Assembly (NCBI GenBank): GCA_016184005.1
Contig: JACPDL010000003.1
Span: 380,974 to 444,973, forward strand
Length of the DNA: 64,000 nt
Direction of reading: 5' to 3'
Source of the DNA: Candidatus Aenigmatarchaeota archaeon
GTDB taxonomy: Archaea; Aenigmatarchaeota; Aenigmatarchaeia; GW2011-AR5
A program made the position numbers and the translations under genes. The notes beneath the pieces are model-generated. The model was not told the DNA's origin and ran no database searches. It saw only the letters and a program-made list of their open reading frames with translations. Shown in pieces: positions 16,757 through 26,300 of the stretch; position 1 is the stretch's first letter; each line of letters begins with the position of its first letter.

Positions 16757-18961
16757 TTATCTTATCTTCATGCCGTTTGGCAGCTTCTTTGCCGGCGATA
16801 TCAGGGTGCCGTCGTCTGCAGCAAGCAGCATGCCCTCGCTTTTCTGCCCGCGCAGCACAGCAGGCTCCAGATTGGCTATAATAACTGCCTGCCTGCCGAG
16901 GAGTTCTTCTTTCTTGTATATGCCTTTCAGCCCCGCGACAAGCTGCCGCTGCTCACCGCCGAGATCGATTTTCAGTAGAAATAGCTTGTCCGCATCAGGA
17001 TGATCCTTGACATCTACAATAGTAGCAATCCTGAGATCGAGTTTCTTGAAATCTTCAAGCTTCACATAAGCACCTTTATTGATGTTTTCATTTTCTTTTT
17101 TCTTTTCTCCTATAATATTTTTATTAGGAGAGGAGGTTGATAGGTTCAGAGGACCAGAGGTCTCTGACCTGCCAGAAACCAGCGGGTTTCTGAGCAAGGA
17201 TGAGAACCTAGGTTCTCGACTTATTTTTGAATACTTTGTGCGGTATTTTTTTGCAGCTTCCAGCTCCTTGTCTTCTATTTTCCTGAAAAGGATTAAAGCG
17301 CGAATCCTTGTGCCCGCCTTGACGGCGAATTTTGTGTTGTCTTTCCACGCTGTAGTCTTTGTTCCCAGGCATTCCAGCGCCTTTTTGCTTGATTCGGGAA
17401 TATAAGGCGAGAGCAGCAGCGAGATGGTTCTCAGCGCATTGATCGCTGTGTAGACTGTCGTGGCAGTGTCCAGTTTGTTTTTGAATGTCCAGGGCTCTTT
17501 TTCCTGGAAATATTTGTTGACGAATGCCGACAGGGCAAGTGTTTTTTTCAAAGCTTCTCTAAGTTTAACGTTATCTACATCTTTTTCGACGGCTTTTACA
17601 GTATTACCGATCTTCTTGATGACTTCTTTTTCTTTTTTCCCGGGCTTTCCGGGTTTCGGTAGTTTGCCATTATAGTTCTTTTCCACGAAATGGGTTGCGC
17701 GATGCAGAAGATTGCCGTAGTTGCCGATAAGCTCGCTGTTTATCCTGTCGCGAAAATCGTCCCAGTCAAAATTGCTGTCCTTGCTTTCGGGCAGGAGCAG
17801 CGACAGGTAGAACCTCCAGTAATCAACGGGGAACAAGTCTAGCGCCTCATCGCTGAAAAGCCCTATGCCCCTGCTTGTGGAGAACTTCTGGCCTTCCCAG
17901 TTGAGATACTCATAACCGGCGACGTAGTGAGGCAGTGTGAATTTCTTTGAGGCAAGTAATATAGCCGGCCAGAATACCGTGTGGAAGGGTATGTTGTCCT
18001 TGCCGATGAAATGATAGACCTTTGCGGGCCCAGACCACCATTGCTGCCATTTCTTTATTTGCCTGCGGCCCTGGCCTTCCTTGGTTATAGATACATAGCC
18101 GATGGGCGCATCAAACCATACATAGAAAACAAGATGTTCGTAGCCTTTCATAGGAACTGGTATTCCCCATTTCAAATTCCGTGTTATGCAGCGCGGCTTG
18201 AGGCCTTCTTTCAGCCATCCGAGCGCGAAGTTCCTTACATTATCGGGCCAGTGGTCGTTTGATAAAATCCATTTCTTCAGCTGCGGCTGGAGTTTTGACA
18301 GGTCGAGGAAAAGGTGCTTCTCCTCGCGGAACTCAATGTCTGTCTTGCCGCAGACGGTGCAGCGCGGCTTTATCAAGTCAGTCGGGTCAAGAAGCGTGCT
18401 GCATTTCTCGCACTGGTCGCCGCGCGCGGAATCATAGCTGCATTTTGGGCACACGCCTGTAATAAACCTGTCAGGAAGAAATCTTTCGTCGTTCCTGCAG
18501 AAAGGCAGTGTAAGCGCCTGCTCCTTTATGTAGCCGTTCTTCCTGATTGCGAGGAAAACATCTTTTGTGATGGCATGATGCACCTGTGACGAAGTGCGGC
18601 CAAAGAAGCTGAAATCAAAGTTCCATTTTTCATATATTGCTTTCTGCAGTTTGTAGTATTTGTCAGAGTATTGCTGCGGCGACAGGCCTTCCTCAAGCGC
18701 GGCCACTTCGGTCGGCGTGCCGTGCTCGTCGGTGCCGCATATGTATATATTCTCAATACCCCTCAAATCAAGAAACCTGTGAAATACGTCAGACGGAAGG
18801 AAAGATCCAATTAGATTTCCGAGGTGCTTGACGCCGTTGACATAAGGCAAAGCAGACGTGATAGTAACCTTGAAATCAATCACCTCAATGAATATCATAT
18901 CGTTCTTTTTATATAACACACAACTAAAGTTGTGGGTTGAACGATGTGATCCCAGAGACAT
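16757..18961 (-). CDS. metG: Methionyl-tRNA synthetase with a C-terminal EMAP-like tRNA-binding domain.
   Basis: The HxGH-type motif PYVNGVKHLGNLIGS is present. A zinc knuckle (CPKCSYDSARGDQCEKCS...CTVCGK) and a KMSKS variant (KFSTSRG) are present. The C-terminal OB-fold domain is LDLRIATIVDVKDHPDADKLFLLKIDLGGE. The true start is probably the internal Met at about 18898. Confidence 0.9.
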   Translation of the reverse strand: MSLGSHRSTHNFSCVLYKKNDMIFIEVIDFKVTITSALPYVNGVKHLGNLIGSFLPSDVFHRFLDLRGIENIYICGTDEHGTPTEVAALEEGLSPQQYSDKYYKLQKAIYEKWNFDFSFFGRTSSQVHHAITKDVFLAIRKNGYIKEQALTLPFCRNDERFLPDRFITGVCPKCSYDSARGDQCEKCSTLLDPTDLIKPRCTVCGKTDIEFREEKHLFLDLSKLQPQLKKWILSNDHWPDNVRNFALGWLKEGLKPRCITRNLKWGIPVPMKGYEHLVFYVWFDAPIGYVSITKEGQGRRQIKKWQQWWSGPAKVYHFIGKDNIPFHTVFWPAILLASKKFTLPHYVAGYEYLNWEGQKFSTSRGIGLFSDEALDLFPVDYWRFYLSLLLPESKDSNFDWDDFRDRINSELIGNYGNLLHRATHFVEKNYNGKLPKPGKPGKKEKEVIKKIGNTVKAVEKDVDNVKLREALKKTLALSAFVNKYFQEKEPWTFKNKLDTATTVYTAINALRTISLLLSPYIPESSKKALECLGTKTTAWKDNTKFAVKAGTRIRALILFRKIEDKELEAAKKYRTKYSKISREPRFSSLLRNPLVSGRSETSGPLNLSTSSPNKNIIGEKKKENENINKGAYVKLEDFKKLDLRIATIVDVKDHPDADKLFLLKIDLGGEQRQLVAGLKGIYKKEELLGRQAVIIANLEPAVLRGQKSEGMLLAADDGTLISPAKKLPNGMKIR

Positions 18962-19042
18962 TATATTTCATATTGCCAATGTCTCTGAGGATGATAGCTA
19001 AATGTTAAATTCTTTGTATTTGACAAATAAACCCTAGAAAGC

Positions 19043-20512
19043 TTATTTAGATTTAGACTTGAAAGAATATCCTTTGCCCTTCTTAATAACCATAAAGTAT
19101 ACTGCACCAGCAACAACTGCCAGCGCGACAATTATTATTACTGCAAGGGTTGCAACATCCATTCCTGCTGATGGCTGCTGTCCTGTCTGGTTCGTTTGTT
19201 GTTCCTGCTGTGACTGATTCTGTTGTTGCTGTTCTTGTTGCGCCTGCTCAGCCTGCCCTTCAGGTGTCTTCTCGCCGCCGATTGCAAAAAGGCTCAGGCC
19301 CGGCAGCGCTGCAGAATAATAAACATAAGTGTCGTCAGAACTCAATTTTGTTGTATCCATTTTCGCCCATGCATTAGTATACCTGTACAGCGAAACCTTG
19401 CTGTCATCTATCTTGTTGCCCGTGATCCATGATTTTTCCAGCCGGAATTCCAGCTTCCCGCTTGCTATATTTTCGTCAGAAACGTTGGTCTTGGTGATAC
19501 TGATATAATGTGAAATAGTCCCGGGCGCAACTGGTACGCCAAGAGGCAGCTTTGATCTTTCTATTATTACTGTAATGCTCCTTGCTATGCCCTTGACTGT
19601 TATTTCAATTTTTCTTACAGTTGTCTCGCCTGCATCGAGGTCCACTATTTCCGTGGCGCCGCCTTGTATGACAGGTATGCTTACCGTGGCCTTGCCTGTG
19701 CTGTAAGCCTTTGTTGTTTTGATCGCTGCTCCTCCGCCGCCTGAGCCACTACCGGAAGAGCTGCTGCTGGAGCTTGCGTTGGCGGTACTGCACGTTCCGC
19801 TTGCGTTGCCGGTGACAGAAACGGAAGCGACGCCGGTGCTGCCGCCCAGGTCGAACGTTATCAGCTTGATCCCCTCGAAGCATGTGCTGTGCTTTATGTT
19901 GAGTGAAAGCGTTTTTGTGCTCGATGCGCTGACTGTCGTGCCGGAAGAGCTTGTCGGGTCGCCGCTCTGCCTTGTAAGGCCAGAGGGAAGGTTCAGTGTG
20001 TAAGACGTTGTTACGTCGCTTGACTGCGCGTTCTGGATGCCTATGCTAAGGTCAAACGAATTGCCGTTTGTGACGCTTGCTGAAGAAGGCGAAGTGCTGA
20101 CAGTCATATCGGACGGCGACACGAAGTCCAGTACCGCTGCAGTTGACGACACAGAACCTGATGAAGTAGTTCCCTGGGCATAATAATTATAAGCGCCGGC
20201 AGTGCCGGCAGTGATGGTAAATGTTTTTGTCGTGCCTGCTGAAAAGCCGCTGTACTGCCCGGATGCAGGGTCGTTGACAGTCAGCGAAGGCGAGGAAACC
20301 ATCACGAGCGTGCTGACCGTGCAGGATGTTCCTGTTGTTGTGACGGTTACCGTCACGCTTGTCCCTGTCGTGGCACGCGAAGCGGAAGTTGATGTGTCAA
20401 CGGTTTGCAGGCATTGCGATTGCGCGAAAACCGGCGCCGCAAAAGCCATGACCATCAGCGCAAAGACGGCTGCAAAAACCATGTTTTTTCCATCGGTTCC
20501 TTTATCCATCAT
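19043..20512 (-). CDS. Surface glycoprotein with a PGF-pre-PGF-like domain, a Q-rich linker and a C-terminal TM anchor.
   Basis: 489 aa. It has a signal peptide and Thr/Ser-rich repeats. The motif YRYTNAWAKMD...YVYYSAALPGLSLFAIGGEK resembles PGF-pre-PGF. The C-terminus is QQEQQQQNQSQQEQQ followed by a TM helix. Confidence 0.55.
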   Translation of the reverse strand: MMDKGTDGKNMVFAAVFALMVMAFAAPVFAQSQCLQTVDTSTSASRATTGTSVTVTVTTTGTSCTVSTLVMVSSPSLTVNDPASGQYSGFSAGTTKTFTITAGTAGAYNYYAQGTTSSGSVSSTAAVLDFVSPSDMTVSTSPSSASVTNGNSFDLSIGIQNAQSSDVTTSYTLNLPSGLTRQSGDPTSSSGTTVSASSTKTLSLNIKHSTCFEGIKLITFDLGGSTGVASVSVTGNASGTCSTANASSSSSSSGSGSGGGGAAIKTTKAYSTGKATVSIPVIQGGATEIVDLDAGETTVRKIEITVKGIARSITVIIERSKLPLGVPVAPGTISHYISITKTNVSDENIASGKLEFRLEKSWITGNKIDDSKVSLYRYTNAWAKMDTTKLSSDDTYVYYSAALPGLSLFAIGGEKTPEGQAEQAQQEQQQQNQSQQEQQTNQTGQQPSAGMDVATLAVIIIVALAVVAGAVYFMVIKKGKGYSFKSKSK

Positions 20513-20543
20513 TTTTCACTTTCCATGATTTTTTCTTTCTAAT

Positions 20544-23500
20544 TCAGACGCAGCCTTGGCAGACGAAAACGCCCCCCAGGAAAGCCTGTTCTGTTGAGCT
20601 GCCGGATGTTATGACGCCTTTTATCTCGTTGGGCGCTCCTGCTCTCCATCCGCCTGACCGCGACACGTTGAATGCCGCGCAACCGCTCGGTCCTGTAAGC
20701 ACGCTGAGCGTTACATTATTTGTGAACGGGTCGTACATCGTGATGTTCTCCGTTGTTGGCGGGCCGCTGAAGCTGAAGCTTTGTGTGGTCACGTTCGTTA
20801 CGTTCGCGCCTATGAGCGGCGTTTCGGGCCTCGAGTATGTGAAGGCGCATGCCCTGATCGTAATATTCCTGTTCACTGTAGACGAACTGCTTGTTATCAT
20901 CGTTGTAGGAGAACCTTCGTTGCGCTTTCCTAAAAGGATTTTGATGACCGTACTGTTGACTGTCTGGTTGCCGTCTACCTTGTATGTGTCTGTAGGCGAG
21001 AAACTCAATTGCCCGGTCCAGTTGTTAAACGCGGGCGTTGTAGAGCCTGTGTCTTGGAGGGTGGTGTTTGTGTTAAGCACAGCGTCGTCGTCTATGACCA
21101 GCTCTGTGAAATGGCCGCCCAGTATGAATGTAAGAGGCCCCCCGAAAGCGAAAGACCCGCTCTGCGTTGCGTTTCTCAGCGCGAAATAGTAAAATTCGCT
21201 GCCGGAACTGCTGTTTATGATATCGCCTTGTGCTGATTCGTTCCATGTCCCAATGTAGAATTCCGCGCCGGTGATTGTCGCATTATAAGCTCCGTTATCT
21301 GTTGTTCTCGTAAGCGTGATTGCGCGCGGGCTGTAGCCGCTCGTTCCGCTGTCCAGATCCGTCCTGAACGATTTTATCCCTATGGGCACGCCTTCCGAAA
21401 AGTCTGCAATGTCGGAATCGCCGCTAATAGCGTCGGTGAAATTCCACATGATGCTGTACAGTCCGCTCTTTGATATGTTCAGCTGCAGGAATGCCACGCC
21501 GTTCGAGTCCGTTGTTGCAGGAGTTTTTGTGTAATTGCTGGAAGGCAGGAAATCCTTGAACCCGAAGCCGCCCCTTCCGCCCCCGAAGTCTTCCTGCTGT
21601 ATCATCTGGTAAACATCCAATATAACGCTTGCTTGCGCGGTTGTTCCTTTTTTCACTATAAACGGTATCGTTGCTATTGTATTCACGGCGTGCTGCCCGC
21701 CGAAGCCCGCGCCGCGGTCGCTCTCGGTTATCGTGCTGTTCAGAAGCTTGACATAGCCGCAGTCTTCCACTTTTACAAGATAAAGCCCGCCGAAGCCCGC
21801 TGACTGCAATGAGCGGCGTGCCGTTGCATTGCCTATTGTTCCACTGTTATTAATTACAAGCGTGTCGTACACGCCTGCTGTTGCATTGTCAAGAGCCACA
21901 AGCGTTACGTTCGCTTTATACGTGATGGGCTGGTCGCCTCCCATACCGAAGCGCGTCACGTTGAAATCTTTTATTATGCATACCATGTCGGAACGCGAAC
22001 TCACATTATGCGTGCTTCTTATAGCAGTAAGGTTGATGTTGAATCTCGCGATGGTGTCCGTTGAATTCGAAGCGTTCACGCCGAAGCTGTCGAACAGGAT
22101 GCCTTCCGTGTCCGGGACCGATATGGACAGTTTAGAAGCTGTCCCGAACATCATCACGTCCGTCGATTCGCCGAGGTAATTGTTCACCTTGATGACTATC
22201 ATGTTGCCTCCTTTCCTTATGCCAGCGGGAACGGTGAACGTCACGTTCCAGCGCTCGAAGTTGTCAAAGCCTGTTTGCGCGGAATTATTCCATCCATCAG
22301 CTTTCAGGCTGTAGTTAACCACGACCGCGTCAAGCACAGAGCCTTCCCATGGGAATCCGACCTGCACCGTGACGTTTGTCACGTTTGTCCGTGCCATGAT
22401 GTTGTACGTTATATTCTGCCCTGCCACCAGCGCCTGCGGCGGGCCGCCGAATGCGAAGTCAGGAAACGCGTCGAACGCCACGACCATGAAGCCGCCAAAG
22501 GATGTGTCGCACAAGTCGTCGGCGGCATTCGTGTTGTTGATGTTGTCGCACACGCGTATTACAAAATCATTGAAGCCGTTGAACCATTTGCCGCCCAGCC
22601 CGGAGAAGTTTCCGGGGACTAGTGTAATATTCGCAACGCCGTTTATTATAGGGAAGTTGTTTGTCAGGCCTGCGATGAATTTCGGCCCTTTCCCGGGGTC
22701 AAAGCTCTCGACCCTTAAGATGTTCACGGTCCCGTTGACGGTAGCGTTCCTCGTGTTGAGGTTCTTTATGCCTGTTATCAGCATGTTTATCCCGGATGTC
22801 GGCGCCACGAAAAAGCCGCCGCTTCCCGTCGAGCCTATCGCCTGTATCTGCGGGAAGAATGACAGCTGGCGGCACTCGAATCCGCCCGGCAGCGAATCAG
22901 ACTTGCCGTCTGCCGTGGTGATGTTTACCAGCATGAAATAGAATCCTGAGAACTGGCCTGAAAAGTTTATGGTAAGGTTGCCGAGGCCGTTGCTGTTTGT
23001 TGACGAAGAGGATGTTATTGACATGGAGCTCTTGACATTCCTGCCTGTAAGCTCCTCTCTGGCCTCTAATATGGAATTGAAGACAACGTTCTTTGCCGCC
23101 TGGCGCGTGCGGACATCGAACACCTTTGCGGAGAAGCTCTGCGCGCCGCTGCAGCGGAAGTCTCCGCCCTCGCCGAATTCGCCTTCGTCTTCTCCCCCGC
23201 CTGTCCCGAAGCCGCCGCCAAAGCTGCCGGGGAACGCGAAGCCTTCAACATAACGGGCAAAATAAAAGGCATTGCCACGGATAATGGAACCTGCAACAGT
23301 TGCCTGAAATTCAATCTGGAAAGGCCCTGTACTGTTCTCGGGTATTTTTATCACGGCCCTCGGATTTGATGATGCCGTTCCGGCAGTGAACGCGCCGGTC
23401 AGCCCGGTGAAACTGGTTATTTCCGACGTTGTTTCGCCTGTGAACGACATCGGCGTTATCTTGGTTACATTGAAACTTGTTATGTTTGCTCCGTCAACAG

Positions 23501-25088
23501 CTGTGCCGTTTGATGAAAGATTCCTTGCCGATATCTCGAACGTCGCGTTGTCGCCGGGCATCAGGAAGCTCAGGAACTCTTTCCCGCCTCCAAGCGATGA
23601 TACGGGGCTGACCTTCAGTATATAGCTCTGCACCGCAAAGTAGCCTGTTGCAAGCACGCTCACGTTGTTCGTCTGGTTTGAGCCCACAGTAGCGTTCACT
23701 GTAAGTGCGTAGACGCCGTCGGTATCAGGGGCTGTGAAGCGCAGCTTGCAGACTGTCTGGCCCGCGAAAAGATTTGTTGTCTTTGTCAGGGCAGGCAGCG
23801 AAAGCAGACTTCCATTCAACATGCTTTTCAGTTCTGTAGCCCGCGTTGCTGTGCAGTTGACATCTGCTCCTGAATTTGTTGTTGTGCTGCCGTTCAGCAG
23901 TATATCATTGCTCAGGTTGTACACAAGGACATTGAACTCGACATTGCCGCCTCGCTGGAAAGCCGAAGACGAGCCGAAGTCGAAGAAGAAATCCTTTACG
24001 ATATCAAGCTTTCCTTCAAGGGCCTGCACCGCTGCTGTTGTCGTTGCTTTTACAATCTTCCCCGAAACATTCGCAATCGCCTCTATGCTGTAGCTTCCGG
24101 CGGCACTCGTGTTTGTGAATGTGCCGCTGTATGTGCCGTTGGTTATCGAAGAATGTGTCAGCGTAACGGTGCTTGCAGCCCCGCCGGGCAGCGTAACGGC
24201 TGCAGTGACGGTTGCGGTGGTTATCGGGCCGTTGTCATCCCTCACCTTTGCCTCGATCTTTATGCTTTCTCCCTGCCCGAAGCTTGTTGTTGTCGAATTT
24301 GCGGAATCCTGCGTGTTGACAACAACCACGAGGCTTGTCTTTACGAGGAATATCGTGACGCCTGCGCCCTCGTCAAACACGATGACATACCTGCCGTCTG
24401 CGTTTGTCGGCACTGTTATGTTGTAAAGTATGCTGTTTGTGTTTGTCGTTCCTGAAACAGCGCTTATCACCCATCCGGAAGAGTTCATGCCGTTGGGGTT
24501 GAAAATTTCCAGTCTTGGCACCGCGCTTGATGTCCCGCTGAATGATACATTAAGTTCAAAATAAGACCCGTTGGCGAAGGGCGGCCTTCTGTTGGTGAAA
24601 TTGAACAGGACGCTGGAGAAATTGCCTACCCTTATTTCAATGTTCTCCCTTACCACGGTGCCGTTGGTCAGGGTGGCGTTCATGCTGACATTGAACCTTC
24701 CCGTTGAATTCGGCGCCGTCAGGTTGAGCTCGAAGTAGCCGTGCGTCCAGTTGAATGACGTGTTCGTGAAAATAGTGAAGTTTGAGTTCCCAAGAAAGCC
24801 CGTGATGTTTGTGTTGTTCACGCCGGAAGTGTTGTCCATGCGTATGTATCCTTTTATCGTCACGTTAGTGCTGTTCCGCACGTACAGGCTTGCATCGGCG
24901 TCAAAGTAATCGGCAAAAGAGATGGAGATGCTTAATGAAAGAACGAGGAGAAACGCCGAAAGTAATCCTTTGTTCATGATATTCTGATTAACCATGGTTG
25001 GTGGTAGTATATAAAATTTTTGAAAGCTTGGAAAGCATATTTTATAGTGAAGCAAATAAATAAACAGGATATAATTTATTTGCTTCAC
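20544..25088 (-). CDS. Giant secreted glycoprotein (1514 aa).
   Basis: A signal peptide is present. N-x-T/S sequons are dense throughout. Gly-rich segments occur, and no C-terminal TM helix is seen. It lies directly upstream of the PGF-pre-PGF protein gene. Confidence 0.55.
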   Translation of the reverse strand: MKQINYILFIYLLHYKICFPSFQKFYILPPTMVNQNIMNKGLLSAFLLVLSLSISISFADYFDADASLYVRNSTNVTIKGYIRMDNTSGVNNTNITGFLGNSNFTIFTNTSFNWTHGYFELNLTAPNSTGRFNVSMNATLTNGTVVRENIEIRVGNFSSVLFNFTNRRPPFANGSYFELNVSFSGTSSAVPRLEIFNPNGMNSSGWVISAVSGTTNTNSILYNITVPTNADGRYVIVFDEGAGVTIFLVKTSLVVVVNTQDSANSTTTSFGQGESIKIEAKVRDDNGPITTATVTAAVTLPGGAASTVTLTHSSITNGTYSGTFTNTSAAGSYSIEAIANVSGKIVKATTTAAVQALEGKLDIVKDFFFDFGSSSAFQRGGNVEFNVLVYNLSNDILLNGSTTTNSGADVNCTATRATELKSMLNGSLLSLPALTKTTNLFAGQTVCKLRFTAPDTDGVYALTVNATVGSNQTNNVSVLATGYFAVQSYILKVSPVSSLGGGKEFLSFLMPGDNATFEISARNLSSNGTAVDGANITSFNVTKITPMSFTGETTSEITSFTGLTGAFTAGTASSNPRAVIKIPENSTGPFQIEFQATVAGSIIRGNAFYFARYVEGFAFPGSFGGGFGTGGGEDEGEFGEGGDFRCSGAQSFSAKVFDVRTRQAAKNVVFNSILEAREELTGRNVKSSMSITSSSSTNSNGLGNLTINFSGQFSGFYFMLVNITTADGKSDSLPGGFECRQLSFFPQIQAIGSTGSGGFFVAPTSGINMLITGIKNLNTRNATVNGTVNILRVESFDPGKGPKFIAGLTNNFPIINGVANITLVPGNFSGLGGKWFNGFNDFVIRVCDNINNTNAADDLCDTSFGGFMVVAFDAFPDFAFGGPPQALVAGQNITYNIMARTNVTNVTVQVGFPWEGSVLDAVVVNYSLKADGWNNSAQTGFDNFERWNVTFTVPAGIRKGGNMIVIKVNNYLGESTDVMMFGTASKLSISVPDTEGILFDSFGVNASNSTDTIARFNINLTAIRSTHNVSSRSDMVCIIKDFNVTRFGMGGDQPITYKANVTLVALDNATAGVYDTLVINNSGTIGNATARRSLQSAGFGGLYLVKVEDCGYVKLLNSTITESDRGAGFGGQHAVNTIATIPFIVKKGTTAQASVILDVYQMIQQEDFGGGRGGFGFKDFLPSSNYTKTPATTDSNGVAFLQLNISKSGLYSIMWNFTDAISGDSDIADFSEGVPIGIKSFRTDLDSGTSGYSPRAITLTRTTDNGAYNATITGAEFYIGTWNESAQGDIINSSSGSEFYYFALRNATQSGSFAFGGPLTFILGGHFTELVIDDDAVLNTNTTLQDTGSTTPAFNNWTGQLSFSPTDTYKVDGNQTVNSTVIKILLGKRNEGSPTTMITSSSSTVNRNITIRACAFTYSRPETPLIGANVTNVTTQSFSFSGPPTTENITMYDPFTNNVTLSVLTGPSGCAAFNVSRSGGWRAGAPNEIKGVITSGSSTEQAFLGGVFVCQGCV

Positions 25089-25092
25089 ATAT

Positions 25093-25141
25093 AGTCAGCA
25101 AAGAAAGTATATATCGATTCTTTCTTTGCATGACTATAACA
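25093..25141. repeat. 17-bp near-perfect inverted repeat (TAGTCAGCAAAGAAAG...CTTTCTTTGCATGACTA) between the giant glycoprotein gene start and the trpS end.
   Basis: Seen directly. It may act as a trpS terminator or as an operator for the glycoprotein gene. Confidence 0.4.
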
Positions 25142-25181
25142 GGAGGAAGTGTAGTATGATTTATTGCGTAATTGATTTGCA

Positions 25182-26270
25182 TTACTTGAGCATAAAACTG
25201 GCGATGCGTTTTTTTGCCTTTTCGCGTTTCTTCTGGTGGTCCTTAAGGAATTTCTCGACAGTTTTCGCAAGGTAGCTCTTAACATCGCCGGAATGCAGCG
25301 ATCCAGAACGGTAGCCGGCGAATATTTCTTTGATCTTCCTGTCGCTTTCCTCGAACAGTGAAAACAGATACTGGCATGCAACGTCTATATCAGGATTGCC
25401 GCCGTGCTTCTTGTGATCTTCAAGCGTGGCGCCGCCTCCCGAGAAGGCGCGCATGATCTTTTTTCTCGCCTCTTCCGGCTTGTCTGTAAGGAATATGCAT
25501 GTCTCAGGCTTGCTGCCTGACATTTTCCCTCCCTGCAATCCCGGCAGGAATTTATGATAGGTTGACGAAGGCTTGAGCATGCCGATCTTTTCAGCAAGAT
25601 CACGGGAAAGGCGCATGTAAGGATCCTGATCGATGCCTATGGGCACCACCGTTGGCTTGGGCCCGCCGAAGTCCTCGAGCTGTGGCAACAGTATGTGCGC
25701 GCTCTGAACCATGCTGTAAAATATTGCGCCTGGATTCGTCTCGTTGCCGAAGCCGAATATAGCCTTTATCGTCGAGAATGTTGTCTTTGTCGACAGCTTT
25801 ACTGCAAGCTCGTAGATTCTTGGATCCTTGGTGGAAATGAAAATGTGCGTTTTGCTTTTCTTGAACCCTAGTGCGATGATGTCAGGCAGCACATGCTCGT
25901 ATGCGTTTTTTGTGGCTTTTTCCAGGCTCTCCGATTTGCGGAAGACGTATGTCTCGTCGTTGCTGATCGGGATGAAGACTTCTGCGCCGCATGACTGGAA
26001 AAAGAGAGCCTGCTTCAAAAAAAGCAGGTTGCCTAAATGAGGAGGCCCGGAAGGATTGAAGCCGGTAAGCACCGCAAAACGTTTTTTGTGCCTGATGGCA
26101 TTGAATATCTGCTGGAAATCACGATGGGCAAAAACAACATGCCTGCGATAAATAAGCGGGAGCTTATCCATGTTTTTCAGGTAACCGCTGATGTCTTCTA
26201 TGCCAAATTCCTTCATTGCCTCTTCGTAATTAACTTCTCCCTTCACTTCGCTTACGTTTATTTCAGCCAT
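25182..26270 (-). CDS. trpS: Tryptophanyl-tRNA synthetase (archaeal/eukaryotic type).
   Basis: 362 aa. The HLGN motif is present, with IPISNDETYVF (compare human IQMTDDEKYLW), IDQDPY and KMSGS. The AFSGG...EEH...GGNPDIDV block is conserved in archaeal/eukaryotic TrpRS. Confidence 0.85.
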   Translation of the reverse strand: MAEINVSEVKGEVNYEEAMKEFGIEDISGYLKNMDKLPLIYRRHVVFAHRDFQQIFNAIRHKKRFAVLTGFNPSGPPHLGNLLFLKQALFFQSCGAEVFIPISNDETYVFRKSESLEKATKNAYEHVLPDIIALGFKKSKTHIFISTKDPRIYELAVKLSTKTTFSTIKAIFGFGNETNPGAIFYSMVQSAHILLPQLEDFGGPKPTVVPIGIDQDPYMRLSRDLAEKIGMLKPSSTYHKFLPGLQGGKMSGSKPETCIFLTDKPEEARKKIMRAFSGGGATLEDHKKHGGNPDIDVACQYLFSLFEESDRKIKEIFAGYRSGSLHSGDVKSYLAKTVEKFLKDHQKKREKAKKRIASFMLK

Positions 26271-26300
26271 ACATCATCACATTGCTTCACTTCATTATTT